Positions 20,065 to 28,992 of a DNA stretch of 64,000 nucleotides are shown piece after piece. The notes beneath the pieces were generated by a model. It was not told where the DNA came from. It made no database searches and worked only from the letters and a program-made list of their open reading frames with translations. Position numbers and translations under genes: made by a program. The stretch is from the NCBI RefSeq assembly GCF_041886205.1, contig NZ_CP169029.1. One strand, written 5' to 3'. This DNA is from Escherichia coli (lineage in GTDB: Bacteria; Pseudomonadota; Gammaproteobacteria; Enterobacterales; Enterobacteriaceae). Numbering within the stretch: the stretch's first letter is position 1; every line of letters starts with the position of its first letter.

Positions 20065-20167
20065 CGGACAAAATCAGAGCCGGAGCCATACCAAACTGCA
20101 GGTAAACCCCGCACGTAAGCAGGCCAAAACCAGCCAGCCCGATAACATCAGCAATTAGTGATTTCAT
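20006..20167 (-). CDS. Small hydrophobic protein (53 aa) overlapping terminase stop and portal start
   Basis: ATGA overlap with terminase stop; [53 protein letters not shown]; below ORF-track length cutoff. Confidence 0.3.
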   Translation of the reverse strand: MKSLIADVIGLAGFGLLTCGVYLQFGMAPALILSGALLLVGALAMARRGTRAA

Positions 20168-21897
20168 AGAATTAAGAGATCATCGTCCGGATCAAGAGAT
20201 GAGAGGAAATCGTCAGGTTCTTTGAGCATTGCCCGACCGATCGTCATAATCAGTGCAACCGCACCATCGATTTTGTTTTCCGCCTGCTCCTTGACGGGCT
20301 TCACTAAATCATCGTTACCTGGCATGTTTTTGCCGACCACATTACCGATACACCAGGTCATGATGGGATTGCCGTCATGATGAAAGCGTCCCGATTCAAT
20401 CGCTGCTTCCAGCTCTTTCATCGGATCGGACATATTGGCGAAGTTCTGGACGATAGTGACGGGATTCAGATCTTCATCAGCAAGGTCATGTGACAGCCCG
20501 GTCGCCCCGAAGGGGTCGATGGGTGACTCACTGACCGGGCTGATTTTGTTCGCCGCTTTGGCCTCCTCGAGGATGTAGCGATAATCCACCTCTGCACCAT
20601 CGGTAACGGTCAGGACGCCCATTTCCACCCATTTCTGAAAGCGTTCGGCTGTCCGTCTATCTTCATTTTTCTCGACGCTGTACACCGTGTCATACGGTAC
20701 CCAGAAGCGCGGGGCCACACTGTAGTAATGCGTTTTACCGTCAATCTCGCGGGTATAAAGTCGCGCCATGCTGTTCATATCCAGCTTACGCGCCAGGTCA
20801 AAGGCCAGAATGCACGGCTGCCCCTCGAACTGCTCAAGGGTCAGTGATTTATCCTCGCAGCTCTGCCAGCTCACCAGGTTGAAATACGCCGAACGCGCCG
20901 ACACCCAGATATTGAGGTGTTTTGTTTTAAAGACGTTTGCCAGACGGGCGTTATTTTTCGCACGCTGCTGCTGACTTAACAAAAATTCGCGATAAACCGA
21001 CACGCCAATATTTGGATTGGCTTTTTCCAGCACCTGCGGGTCGGTCCAGTCGTCACCTTCATCAACGGTATAGATGATCCCGAACAGTTCATCGTTAGGC
21101 ACCGAGCCGTTGAGCATCTCGATGACTTCCCGCCGCTTGTCGTAGCACGGCCCCTCAATGTTGTACCCGGCGGTGGTGATGGCCCACATCAGTGGCTGAC
21201 GTCGCGCCCCCATCCCTGTAAGCATTGTGGTATAAAGCGCATCGGTGGCGTGCTCGTGATATTCATCAACCACGGCACAGTGGGGTGATGAACCATCACC
21301 GGGATTGCCGATCAGCGGTTCAAACCGCGCGCCATCCTCCGGACGGTTCATGTTTGAGGCGTTAACCTCAATCCCGAACGCTTCCGTCAGCATGGGTGTG
21401 CGTTTACACATCAGTCGCGCCGGGCGAAAGACTTCCCACGCCTGTTTCTCTGTCGTGGCACCGGAATACACTTCCGCGCCAAACTCGTTATCACAGGCAA
21501 AACAATACAGGGCAACACCGGCAGAGATTGCTGATTTGCCGTTCTTACGGGGGATTTCGGTGTACACCTCCCGGAAGCGGCGCAACCGGGTGCCTTTATT
21601 GACCCAGCCAAACGCACAGCAGATCACAAATAGCTGCCACGGCTCCAGCGTGATGGGCATCCGTTTGAATGCCCACTCCCCCTTGGTGTGCGGCAACAGC
21701 TGAATAAATTTCGCAGCCCGTTCAGCCAGGTCCTTATCGAAGCGGTAACGAAACGACTTACTTTTTTCCGCCATCAGGTCATCAAGATGGCGCTGGCAGG
21801 CCTGAATCACAAACTGGCAGGCAACAATCTTTCCGCGCACGACATCCCGGGCATACTGATTGGCAGCATTTACGTTGGGGTAAGATTTCCGGCTCAT
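20164..21897 (-). CDS. Terminase large subunit
   Basis: 577 aa; ATPase/nuclease size, follows small subunit with overlapping stop/start. Confidence 0.85.
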   Translation of the reverse strand: MSRKSYPNVNAANQYARDVVRGKIVACQFVIQACQRHLDDLMAEKSKSFRYRFDKDLAERAAKFIQLLPHTKGEWAFKRMPITLEPWQLFVICCAFGWVNKGTRLRRFREVYTEIPRKNGKSAISAGVALYCFACDNEFGAEVYSGATTEKQAWEVFRPARLMCKRTPMLTEAFGIEVNASNMNRPEDGARFEPLIGNPGDGSSPHCAVVDEYHEHATDALYTTMLTGMGARRQPLMWAITTAGYNIEGPCYDKRREVIEMLNGSVPNDELFGIIYTVDEGDDWTDPQVLEKANPNIGVSVYREFLLSQQQRAKNNARLANVFKTKHLNIWVSARSAYFNLVSWQSCEDKSLTLEQFEGQPCILAFDLARKLDMNSMARLYTREIDGKTHYYSVAPRFWVPYDTVYSVEKNEDRRTAERFQKWVEMGVLTVTDGAEVDYRYILEEAKAANKISPVSESPIDPFGATGLSHDLADEDLNPVTIVQNFANMSDPMKELEAAIESGRFHHDGNPIMTWCIGNVVGKNMPGNDDLVKPVKEQAENKIDGAVALIMTIGRAMLKEPDDFLSSLDPDDDLLIL

Positions 21898-22397
21898 GAC
21901 TCGATGATTTTCAGAAACGGGTTAGTGGCTTTCTTCTGCCCCGCCAGGCCAATCAGACGCTGGCGGCTGCTGGGGTCGAGTCCGAGCATTGCCCCCGTGC
22001 TGCTCATCTCGGACTCCTGTTCTTTCTTGGCGGTCAGCTCCGGGTTTTTGACCCTGCCGCCCATTGCACCGGTAATGGTGTTGCCCTGGCTGGCAATATT
22101 TTTCACGGCACGTCGCCAGAACTCATAGGCCACGCACCACCGCTCAAGCACCGCGAGGTCAGTCACGCACAGCAGGCCCTGACCGCAGAGTTCTTTGGTT
22201 GTCAGTTGCCACATGATCGTGGCGAGAGGGAGATCTTCTTCAGCGAACCATTCCGGTGGCTCAACACCTTTGATGGGCGTAAAAACAGGTTCATCTTTAT
22301 TCAGGGCTCGCTTGCCGGGGTTTCCGGCCAGCGCCTTGCGCGCCGTTGGCTTGGGGCGACGCCCGGAACGCCCCGCCGTTCCAGCCATATGCGGCAC
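21894..22397 (-). CDS. Terminase small subunit (P27-like)
   Basis: 167 aa basic N-terminus; precedes large subunit. Confidence 0.7.
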   Translation of the reverse strand: MPHMAGTAGRSGRRPKPTARKALAGNPGKRALNKDEPVFTPIKGVEPPEWFAEEDLPLATIMWQLTTKELCGQGLLCVTDLAVLERWCVAYEFWRRAVKNIASQGNTITGAMGGRVKNPELTAKKEQESEMSSTGAMLGLDPSSRQRLIGLAGQKKATNPFLKIIES

Positions 22398-22514
22398 TCC
22401 TGGTTAAATTTCATTTTTCGCGGGTATAAAAAAACGATGGGGCGGGCAGTCCGGAAGACGTCAGGTCACAGGGATTTGACCCGCCCCTCCCTCACAGACA
22501 GTTGAGAATTATTA
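22398..22514. other. Candidate cos/packaging-site region between HNH and terminase genes
   Basis: GC-rich inverted repeat ggggcgggc...gacccgcccc; HNH-terminase systems usually place cos here. Confidence 0.3.
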
Positions 22515-22865
22515 TCACTTTAACCGTTCACGGGCCGTCTTCGCCTTATGGCAGGGCCAGCACAGACTCTGCAGATTACTGTCGGCATCAGTGCCGCCAT
22601 GCGCTTTAGGGATGATGTGGTCAACGGTTTTCGCCTCGCGCACCACACCAGCACGCAAACACAACTGACACAGGCCTTTGTCACGCTTCAGTACTCGCAC
22701 CCGGATACCGTCCCACTTCGAACCATAACCACGCTGATGGCGGGACTGGCCCGACTTGTATTGCTTCCAGCCCTCGCTTTTGTGGCTTTCGCAGTAGCCT
22801 GACGGGTCAGTCGTGGTATTGCGGCAGCCGCGAACACGGCAGGCTTTTGGGATTCGAGGAGGCAT
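22515..22865 (-). CDS. HNH endonuclease (terminase-associated)
   Basis: 116 aa with CxxC...CxxC and HxxxH motifs (GCRNTT...CESH; CQLC...HIIPKAHGG...CWPCH). Confidence 0.8.
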   Translation of the reverse strand: MPPRIPKACRVRGCRNTTTDPSGYCESHKSEGWKQYKSGQSRHQRGYGSKWDGIRVRVLKRDKGLCQLCLRAGVVREAKTVDHIIPKAHGGTDADSNLQSLCWPCHKAKTARERLK

Positions 22866-22891
22866 AAATATATTCCTGTTCTTTGTCCAGA

Positions 22892-23164
22892 CTATTTGCC
22901 TGCTGCCAGCAAAGCGTTACGGCGCATCTCGATACTTCGAATTCCCGCTTTGTCAATATTGCATTGTCCCAACGCTGACAACAGACTCACATTCAACTCC
23001 AGACTGGCACCATACGTCAGCGGATTGGGTATAAACGGTACAGGAGTATCAGAAGTCAGGCTGGCTGGCAGTGGTGCCACCGGAACGCTCACGTAAACCG
23101 TTCGCGAATTTCCGCAACCGGTCAGCAGCGGCAGCAGGCACAGGACGTGAAGCACAATCATCAT
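22892..23164 (-). CDS. Rz1-like o-spanin lipoprotein (overlapping Rz in another frame)
   Basis: Internal start MMIVLHVLCLLPLLTGC gives lipobox LLTGC; overlaps 3' part of Rz. Confidence 0.55.
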   Translation of the reverse strand: MMIVLHVLCLLPLLTGCGNSRTVYVSVPVAPLPASLTSDTPVPFIPNPLTYGASLELNVSLLSALGQCNIDKAGIRSIEMRRNALLAAGK

Positions 23165-23441
23165 CCGCAACAGCCACTTTGATATCTTCCTGGGTTCTCT
23201 GTGACTCCAGTGCGATCTGCTGTTTTGCATGTTGATTCGCCTCCTGAATGATGTTCGTTATTGCCATAGTACGCAGAACATTCGCGGTGATAGCCTCAGT
23301 AGAATCAGCTCGCTGTTCCGCAGCGTCAGCACGCTTCTGTTCCTTCAGAAACTTTCCGTGGTAGTGATTAGCTGACCAGACAAGACCACCAGCAATACAA
23401 GCAATAAACGTTAAAATGAGCGCCCAATAACTCATCTTCAT
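23049..23441 (-). CDS. Rz-like i-spanin
   Basis: 130 aa; N-terminal TM helix then coiled-coil; follows endolysin. Confidence 0.7.
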   Translation of the reverse strand: MKMSYWALILTFIACIAGGLVWSANHYHGKFLKEQKRADAAEQRADSTEAITANVLRTMAITNIIQEANQHAKQQIALESQRTQEDIKVAVADDDCASRPVPAAAADRLRKFANGLRERSGGTTASQPDF

Positions 23442-24052
23442 ACCAGCAGCGCCGCCCGCGCCTTGTTGTATCGAACCTTACGATCCTCAATACCGTTCAG
23501 ACCGCCGTTAATGATGCGCGTAACACGATTAATATCAGCACCGTAGACCATGCAGCCTTTAGAGGTGTAGAACCATGCAGCTGAGCGCGCGGCCTGTAGC
23601 TCCTGCTCCAGTTGTTCAGGTGAGGTCACCAGATCTAACTTCAGCGCCGCGCCACAGATGCGATAATTATGAAGGCCAGTGATTTGAATTAATCCTCTAC
23701 CACGATATTTCCAGCCATCACCGGGTGCTTTGTTACCCAGTCGGTTGCTATACACCAGATTGGCAATAGCATCCTGACGAGCTGCATGTCCGGATGTTCT
23801 GCCAAGGGCATCAGCCTGCTGCTGTGTGATCCTCTTTCCGAACGTCGCCACCAGCGCAGATGGTGTGTAGTTAAAATTTTCAACTACGGCGCTAAACCCC
23901 ATCGACTCATGGCCTACCTGAGCGATAAACATTGCCTGATCCGCTGGTGCTGTAATGCCGAATTCCTTCATCGCCGCATCAATGTGCGGAAACCAGCGCG
24001 CAGCCAGCCCGGCGCTAATACCAGCCGCCTTTTGAAATAATTGTTGGTTCAT
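23438..24052 (-). CDS. Endolysin, glycoside hydrolase family 19 (chitinase-like)
   Basis: 204 aa; motifs QVGHESMGF and GRGLIQITG. Confidence 0.8.
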   Translation of the reverse strand: MNQQLFQKAAGISAGLAARWFPHIDAAMKEFGITAPADQAMFIAQVGHESMGFSAVVENFNYTPSALVATFGKRITQQQADALGRTSGHAARQDAIANLVYSNRLGNKAPGDGWKYRGRGLIQITGLHNYRICGAALKLDLVTSPEQLEQELQAARSAAWFYTSKGCMVYGADINRVTRIINGGLNGIEDRKVRYNKARAALLV

Positions 24053-24333
24053 TAGTGCCTCAGATGATCAACCAGACGTGCAACGTTGCCTCTGACGGCC
24101 ACCAGCACGGAAAGAAAAATAGTGTTCGCCACGATAATGGGCCATGAGGAATGAGGATAAATCCCACAGAGATAGGCCAACGGAACAGCACTGTATGTAA
24201 CAGTAATCAGCCAGGCTAAACGTGAAACCCAAGGACGATGCCGCGAATCACCACGACGATAAAACATCAGAGTAATAACAACACAAGCACATAACAGCGC
24301 ATTTATAGTTGCTGTCGGGTCATTTAGCTCCAC
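24052..24333 (-). CDS. Holin/antiholin-like membrane protein
   Basis: 93 aa with multiple TM segments immediately upstream of endolysin. Confidence 0.5.
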   Translation of the reverse strand: MELNDPTATINALLCACVVITLMFYRRGDSRHRPWVSRLAWLITVTYSAVPLAYLCGIYPHSSWPIIVANTIFLSVLVAVRGNVARLVDHLRH

Positions 24334-24706
24334 CTGAACCTCCCCGGCGCGTTATGAGCGCCACCAGCGAGCCGATATCCTGATTATTCAGGAACGTCAG
24401 GATCTTAACGGCTAAAGCAGAGACGATTACGGCACCAATAGCATCCAGAGGTTTATCACTGTATCCGGTCAAGTTCGCCAGCTTGGAGCCAACCAACCCA
24501 GAGCAAAGAATCCCGGCAATATATGACACGATAAAATATGCCAGTCGGCGCGATGCACTCAGATCTGCTGCTGTTGCTATGTAGAATACAGCCCCTGCAA
24601 ATGCGCCAAATACAACGCCGTAATCAGTTCCGGTCAGCAGTCCATAAACACTGGCACCCGTCAGGGCACCACCAGCCAGCCCAGTACCGGAAATCGGATC
24701 GGACAT
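24320..24706 (-). CDS. Putative holin
   Basis: 128 aa Gly/Ala-rich TM protein at start of lysis cassette. Confidence 0.5.
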   Translation of the reverse strand: MSDPISGTGLAGGALTGASVYGLLTGTDYGVVFGAFAGAVFYIATAADLSASRRLAYFIVSYIAGILCSGLVGSKLANLTGYSDKPLDAIGAVIVSALAVKILTFLNNQDIGSLVALITRRGGSGGAK

Positions 24707-24785
24707 TTAGCCCCCTCTTAATTGCTGTTGGTCCTCTCAGATATGAGGGGAAGGGATCTTAATGACAGTCTGTTTATTATTTCAG

Positions 24786-25043
24786 TCAAATACTACCCTG
24801 TTGATGATTTCTCAGAAGCGAACTTGACTCCCAGGGGAAACTCAACTTTCCGTTAAAACCACCAGCAGACATTCGTTCAATTTCCACAGAAATATCACTG
24901 AGCCGTTCTTCAAGCTCTGCTTTTTCTTTTACCAGACGGTTATAGCGGCTTAGATGAAGCTTTTGCTGCTCCAGCCAGTCTTCAAGCTGTTCAACAGTCA
25001 TACCAGGGTTAAAAAAATATGGCTGCTGCTTTTCGCCCTGCAT
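24786..25043 (-). CDS. Hypothetical protein (first late gene; start moved to internal Met with GGAGG RBS)
   Basis: ORF-track ORF 24786-25112 overlaps predicted terminator; internal ATG at 25043 has RBS. Confidence 0.35.
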   Translation of the reverse strand: MQGEKQQPYFFNPGMTVEQLEDWLEQQKLHLSRYNRLVKEKAELEERLSDISVEIERMSAGGFNGKLSFPWESSSLLRNHQQGSI

Positions 25044-25062
25044 TATTGACCTCCAGAAAAGC

Positions 25063-25085
25063 AAAAACCCCGCCGAAGCGAGGTT
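25063..25085 (-). terminator. tR'-like intrinsic terminator with UUCG tetraloop downstream of late promoter
   Basis: minus strand cctcgc-ttcg-gcgggg followed by ttttt. Confidence 0.5.
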
Positions 25086-25130
25086 TGTTATGATTTCGTT
25101 AACGGCAGACATACAAAGCCCATCGTTAGG

Positions 25131-25170
25131 AGAATCCTAACCATATTTTTTGAAAAATGCAAGCATCATG
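25131..25170 (-). promoter_or_regulatory. Candidate late promoter (PR'-like) between Q and lysis genes
   Basis: minus strand TTGCAT - 17 nt - TAGGAT; palindrome ttaggagaatcctaa near predicted start. Confidence 0.3.
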
Positions 25171-25193
25171 TCGCCATCTTCGGCGAAAATCAT

Positions 25194-25946
25194 TTATCTT
25201 GTCACTTTTCTCAATTGTGTCTCTGCATATGCTTCTTCCTGCCAGCACTTTGTAACCAGTTTATCAATGACATCTGCATATCCTTTGTACCACTGATAAT
25301 CCGTCAGGTCTGGTACCAGCTTCTGGACATGATGCCGCGCCAGTGTGGTTGGTAAACGGCTAAACCGGTTTCCATTGCAACGCCCACAAATCTTATAAAC
25401 AGGCGTGCCATGAAGCCGGGTCCTTTTTTCATCCAGGACAATACCTTTACCCTTACACCCTCTGCACGCTGTGCTGACTTCTCCCTTACCATGACAATGC
25501 TGACATAGTTCCTTCACCCACTCTTCCTTGATAACAGATTCCCCGCTTCTGGAGTGTTTCACCACTTCGCGCAATACATTATGAAATCCAGTACCAGCAC
25601 AATGCTCACAGCGAGCCTTACTTGCCGCAGACCTGGAATAATCAGCAAAGGCAAAATTCACAAGGTAAGGAATAATCTGTAGCCGGGTTTCTTCACTCAA
25701 TTTATTCAATGTCGGGCTATCCAGTGCCATCGCGTAATTGAGCAGACCTTCAATCGCAAACTGAGGATCCTGAACACCAACTTTTGCCAGGAATAAGGCA
25801 AACCCAAGCGGTGCTTTCGACTGCACCATCCCCTGCGCAGCCATCACATCCGTAATTGTTAAACCACCAGAGCCTGTCGCCGGTGCGTCATCGCTCAATT
25901 TTGGAGATTTTGGGGAGTAATATTTCGGTAAGGCTTCAAGGTTCAT
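25194..25946 (-). CDS. Late antiterminator Q-like protein (multi-CxxC zinc-finger type)
   Basis: 250 aa with four CxxC pairs; located immediately upstream of late promoter/lysis cassette. Confidence 0.6.
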   Translation of the reverse strand: MNLEALPKYYSPKSPKLSDDAPATGSGGLTITDVMAAQGMVQSKAPLGFALFLAKVGVQDPQFAIEGLLNYAMALDSPTLNKLSEETRLQIIPYLVNFAFADYSRSAASKARCEHCAGTGFHNVLREVVKHSRSGESVIKEEWVKELCQHCHGKGEVSTACRGCKGKGIVLDEKRTRLHGTPVYKICGRCNGNRFSRLPTTLARHHVQKLVPDLTDYQWYKGYADVIDKLVTKCWQEEAYAETQLRKVTR

Positions 25947-25959
25947 GCTCGTTCTCCAC

Positions 25960-26955
25960 TTACGCCAGTACGCCTATTGCCAGCGCACGATCGATAAAAC
26001 GAAATATCAGCTCCAGCTGGGAGCCATACTTCTCTTCAAATGCCACGGTATCCGCATGCAGCTCGTCGTGATGCTTTCTGCACAAAGGCAACACAAAGAG
26101 GTCATGCGCTTTTGTTCCCATTCCACCCTGACCGTGACCTATCAGGTGGTGGGGATCATCAGCAGGCTTTCCACAACATGCACACGGCTGTGTCTTAACC
26201 CAGCGCGTGTACTTTTCATTAACCCAGCGGCGACGTTTTGGGCGTAACATAAAAGACTCCGGCGACTCCGGATCCACTTTCAGCGCCAGCACCTTTTTCG
26301 CTTTATCCTGGATAATGCTGGTGGCAGGAACCGAAGGCACAAGGTCACTTTCCCGGGTGACAGACGGCACAACAGGTTTCGGTAATCTCAGTGCCTTACG
26401 GGCTGCGCTTTCAGGTAAGGCATCCGCCAGGTCATTACGAATCAGCCACCAGCACAGTTCCGGCATTGTCACGGCATGGTTATCATCAAAACCGAGATCC
26501 CGACGGACTACAGACAACACCCAACGGGCACAGTTATCCGTTGCCATTGATTCCAGCCGCTCCGTGAACTGATCACGTAACTGATTATCGCAGTGCCAGC
26601 ACAAACGGATTGCTCCCGGCGCGTGACGCATTGTGGTCATGTTCTCGCTGTGCCAGTCGGAATGAGGCCACTGGCAGCCTTTTTCACGAAGTAACCAGCT
26701 TTCAAGACATTCCACGCCACCAGCACGACGGATCACTGCCTCATTGCGGAACACGGCCCGAACGGCAGGATCATCCGCCAGCGGTTGTGATGCCGCCGGA
26801 ACGGCACCACTGGCGAAAGATGAATAACGCTCCGGCTCAGGCTCCAGCAGGACACGCCCCTGCATAAACAGGGGCATCAGCTCTGAACCTGGCCTGAACA
26901 ATACGATCCCCATACGCGGGGCAATTTCAGGGGTCAGTAGTGCTCTCACGGTCAC
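25960..26955 (-). CDS. DUF968-like phage protein
   Basis: 331 aa; C-terminal Cys/His-rich region; sits next to Q as in some E. coli lambdoid prophages (recalled). Confidence 0.45.
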   Translation of the reverse strand: MTVRALLTPEIAPRMGIVLFRPGSELMPLFMQGRVLLEPEPERYSSFASGAVPAASQPLADDPAVRAVFRNEAVIRRAGGVECLESWLLREKGCQWPHSDWHSENMTTMRHAPGAIRLCWHCDNQLRDQFTERLESMATDNCARWVLSVVRRDLGFDDNHAVTMPELCWWLIRNDLADALPESAARKALRLPKPVVPSVTRESDLVPSVPATSIIQDKAKKVLALKVDPESPESFMLRPKRRRWVNEKYTRWVKTQPCACCGKPADDPHHLIGHGQGGMGTKAHDLFVLPLCRKHHDELHADTVAFEEKYGSQLELIFRFIDRALAIGVLA

Positions 26956-26956
26956 C

Positions 26957-27766
26957 TCAATGAACGGTATCGAGCAGCTTTAACAGCTCAGGGAATCGGG
27001 ATTCGAAGAAATGCGGCTGCGTCTCGCGCGGATTTGCGGGACTGGTGATGTTCTTGCCGAACATGCAACCTTTCGCTGTCAGCGACCAGAATTTTTTGAT
27101 GTTGTTAATCGCGGTACGGCTGTATCGTTCGCGCTGCTCGACGATCCCCAGCTTCACCATCTGGTGATATGCCTGATTAGCCGTCAGGCGGATACCATAC
27201 TGTTTCAGCAGTGCACTCAGTGACAGTGTCGGGCGACTTGAGCCATCAGGCGCGTCAGCAGGAGCATCAATGGCATAGCGCGGTGCCAGATTCGGTAAGC
27301 CAACAGCCTCCTGGAGTTTCTGACAGGCCCCAAGCACAGATGAGTTAGACAGGTTTAACTCCCGACGCATAAAGTCCAGCAGAATCACACCAGCCTGCAT
27401 CTTGTCAGCAGCCTGTCCGGATAATTTTTCCGGTGCACTGGTTACCATATCGAAAGTACGGATCACCTTCAGATGGAATGACGGGCTGATCCACATTGCA
27501 TAGGCATACACCAGTTCTTTGCAGACATACGTCCCCTGGTTATTTCCGCCATTAATGACGCTAACTGGTTGATTTTGTTCCAGAGGCGTAATTCCACCCT
27601 CGGTGAAAAGTTGTTCAATCAATTCACAGGTTTGCTTATTGGAGAGCCAGTATTTCGGGCGGTTTTTTTGTTCTCCCCCGGCTGCCCTGTGCAGATCGTT
27701 CAGGCTGTAACGCCCATAAGCATCACGACGAACTTCAATACCATCAATGACCATCAGATTATTCAT
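26957..27766 (-). CDS. KilA-N domain protein (antirepressor-like)
   Basis: N-terminal MNNLMVIDGIEVRRDAYGRYSLNDLHRAAG... typical KilA-N start. Confidence 0.6.
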   Translation of the reverse strand: MNNLMVIDGIEVRRDAYGRYSLNDLHRAAGGEQKNRPKYWLSNKQTCELIEQLFTEGGITPLEQNQPVSVINGGNNQGTYVCKELVYAYAMWISPSFHLKVIRTFDMVTSAPEKLSGQAADKMQAGVILLDFMRRELNLSNSSVLGACQKLQEAVGLPNLAPRYAIDAPADAPDGSSRPTLSLSALLKQYGIRLTANQAYHQMVKLGIVEQRERYSRTAINNIKKFWSLTAKGCMFGKNITSPANPRETQPHFFESRFPELLKLLDTVH

Positions 27767-27785
27767 ACTTCGTTTCTCCTCTTAA

Positions 27786-28175
27786 TCAGGCGGCTGCACC
27801 CGCCGTTTTCTCGTACTTACTGATAGTGATCTCGACCTTCCCTTCCGGGATAACCGGTCCCCACTCCACCAGCATTCTTTTCACCTGGCTGTCGTCTTCC
27901 CACACACCCGCGTGGGTCAGGGCGTCAAACAGCGCCTTGTTATAGTTGTCCAGATCGCGGATCCGGTTATCCGGAGGAAACAACACGATCTCCACTGAAG
28001 CAAGTACCGACGTTGGTTTTGGCAGACGACGTAACTGCTCAACTATTGCTGCGCACGCCGCGCTCTGGAATTTTCGCCCCGCCGCGCTTATCAGGCTCTT
28101 ACCAGCAAACGCCCCTTTGTTGGGGTGTCGCCAGTACGTGTTCACGCTGGGCGGAAAAGGCAGGATCAGCTTCAT
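27786..28175 (-). CDS. rusA: RusA Holliday junction resolvase
   Basis: 129 aa; MKLILPFPPSVNTYWRH N-terminus characteristic of RusA. Confidence 0.8.
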   Translation of the reverse strand: MKLILPFPPSVNTYWRHPNKGAFAGKSLISAAGRKFQSAACAAIVEQLRRLPKPTSVLASVEIVLFPPDNRIRDLDNYNKALFDALTHAGVWEDDSQVKRMLVEWGPVIPEGKVEITISKYEKTAGAAA

Positions 28176-28498
28176 ACTTTCAGGCCCCTCTCATGTAACC
28201 AGTGGGTTGCACGCAGCCTTGCGTTTTCCTCACCGGCAAGCAGTGCGCGGATAATCCCGACCGCCTCGCTGTCGTCGTCCTTCACCGCGGTATGAAGCGT
28301 TATCCCCCGGGCCACGCCACGCTTTATCGTGATGACGCCTTTTTTCTCCAGTGCGCGAAGATGCTCTACCGCTGCATTCACTGAACGGTATCCCAGCATG
28401 GTTGCCACCTCCTGATTGGTTGGCGGAAAGCCACGCTCTTTCTGATAAGAAATCAGCATATCCAGCACCTGCTGCTGGCATTGAGTTAACGTCGTCAT
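28172..28498 (-). CDS. LexA DNA-binding-domain-like protein lacking S24 peptidase domain (start at internal Met MTTLTQ)
   Basis: Aligns by eye to host LexA residues 1-70 (e.g. GFPPTNQEVATMLGYRSVNAAVEHLRALEKKGVI vs [34 protein letters not shown]); ~108 aa total. Confidence 0.6.
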   Translation of the reverse strand: MTTLTQCQQQVLDMLISYQKERGFPPTNQEVATMLGYRSVNAAVEHLRALEKKGVITIKRGVARGITLHTAVKDDDSEAVGIIRALLAGEENARLRATHWLHERGLKV

Positions 28499-28992
28499 TA
28501 CGCCCCCACGTAATTCCCTGACAGATACCACTCATCACTCGATACAGCGCGCTTGCTGCTTTTCCGTAAACACTGCTCACGACGCGCCAGAAAATTGTTT
28601 CGTTCTGGCTGGGAGTGGCTTTCACGGAATGCCGCCATCCACACCGTTGCAGCACGACGGTATAAGCCCCTGGACTCCAGTTCTTCAGCCTGGCGGGTCA
28701 GGCACAAAATCTCCCGCGGGTCGTTAGTGCCGACATAGAAATTGCGCACAGGTCTGGTTTCACGAACTGGTTGCGGTTCTGCCTCCTGCGCTCTCTCAGT
28801 CAGGCGCGGGAAATGTCTGCGTGTATCCCCTTCACAACGGTGAGCCACACGACCACTCTGACGTAACTTGCTTGCTGACTGCAGAACGCGCTGCCGTGAG
28901 TAACCTGCAAAAGCATCCGCAATGTCTCTGGAAGTACACCCCGGATGGGCTTCAATGTATTTCTGAACTTCATTCAAAAGACTCATGATCAC
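28498..28992 (-). CDS. Winged-helix + PerC-like C-terminal domain protein (possible transcription regulator)
   Basis: 164 aa; C-terminal AEELESRGLYRRAATVWMAAF resembles PerC-family motif as recalled. Confidence 0.35.
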   Translation of the reverse strand: MIMSLLNEVQKYIEAHPGCTSRDIADAFAGYSRQRVLQSASKLRQSGRVAHRCEGDTRRHFPRLTERAQEAEPQPVRETRPVRNFYVGTNDPREILCLTRQAEELESRGLYRRAATVWMAAFRESHSQPERNNFLARREQCLRKSSKRAVSSDEWYLSGNYVGA

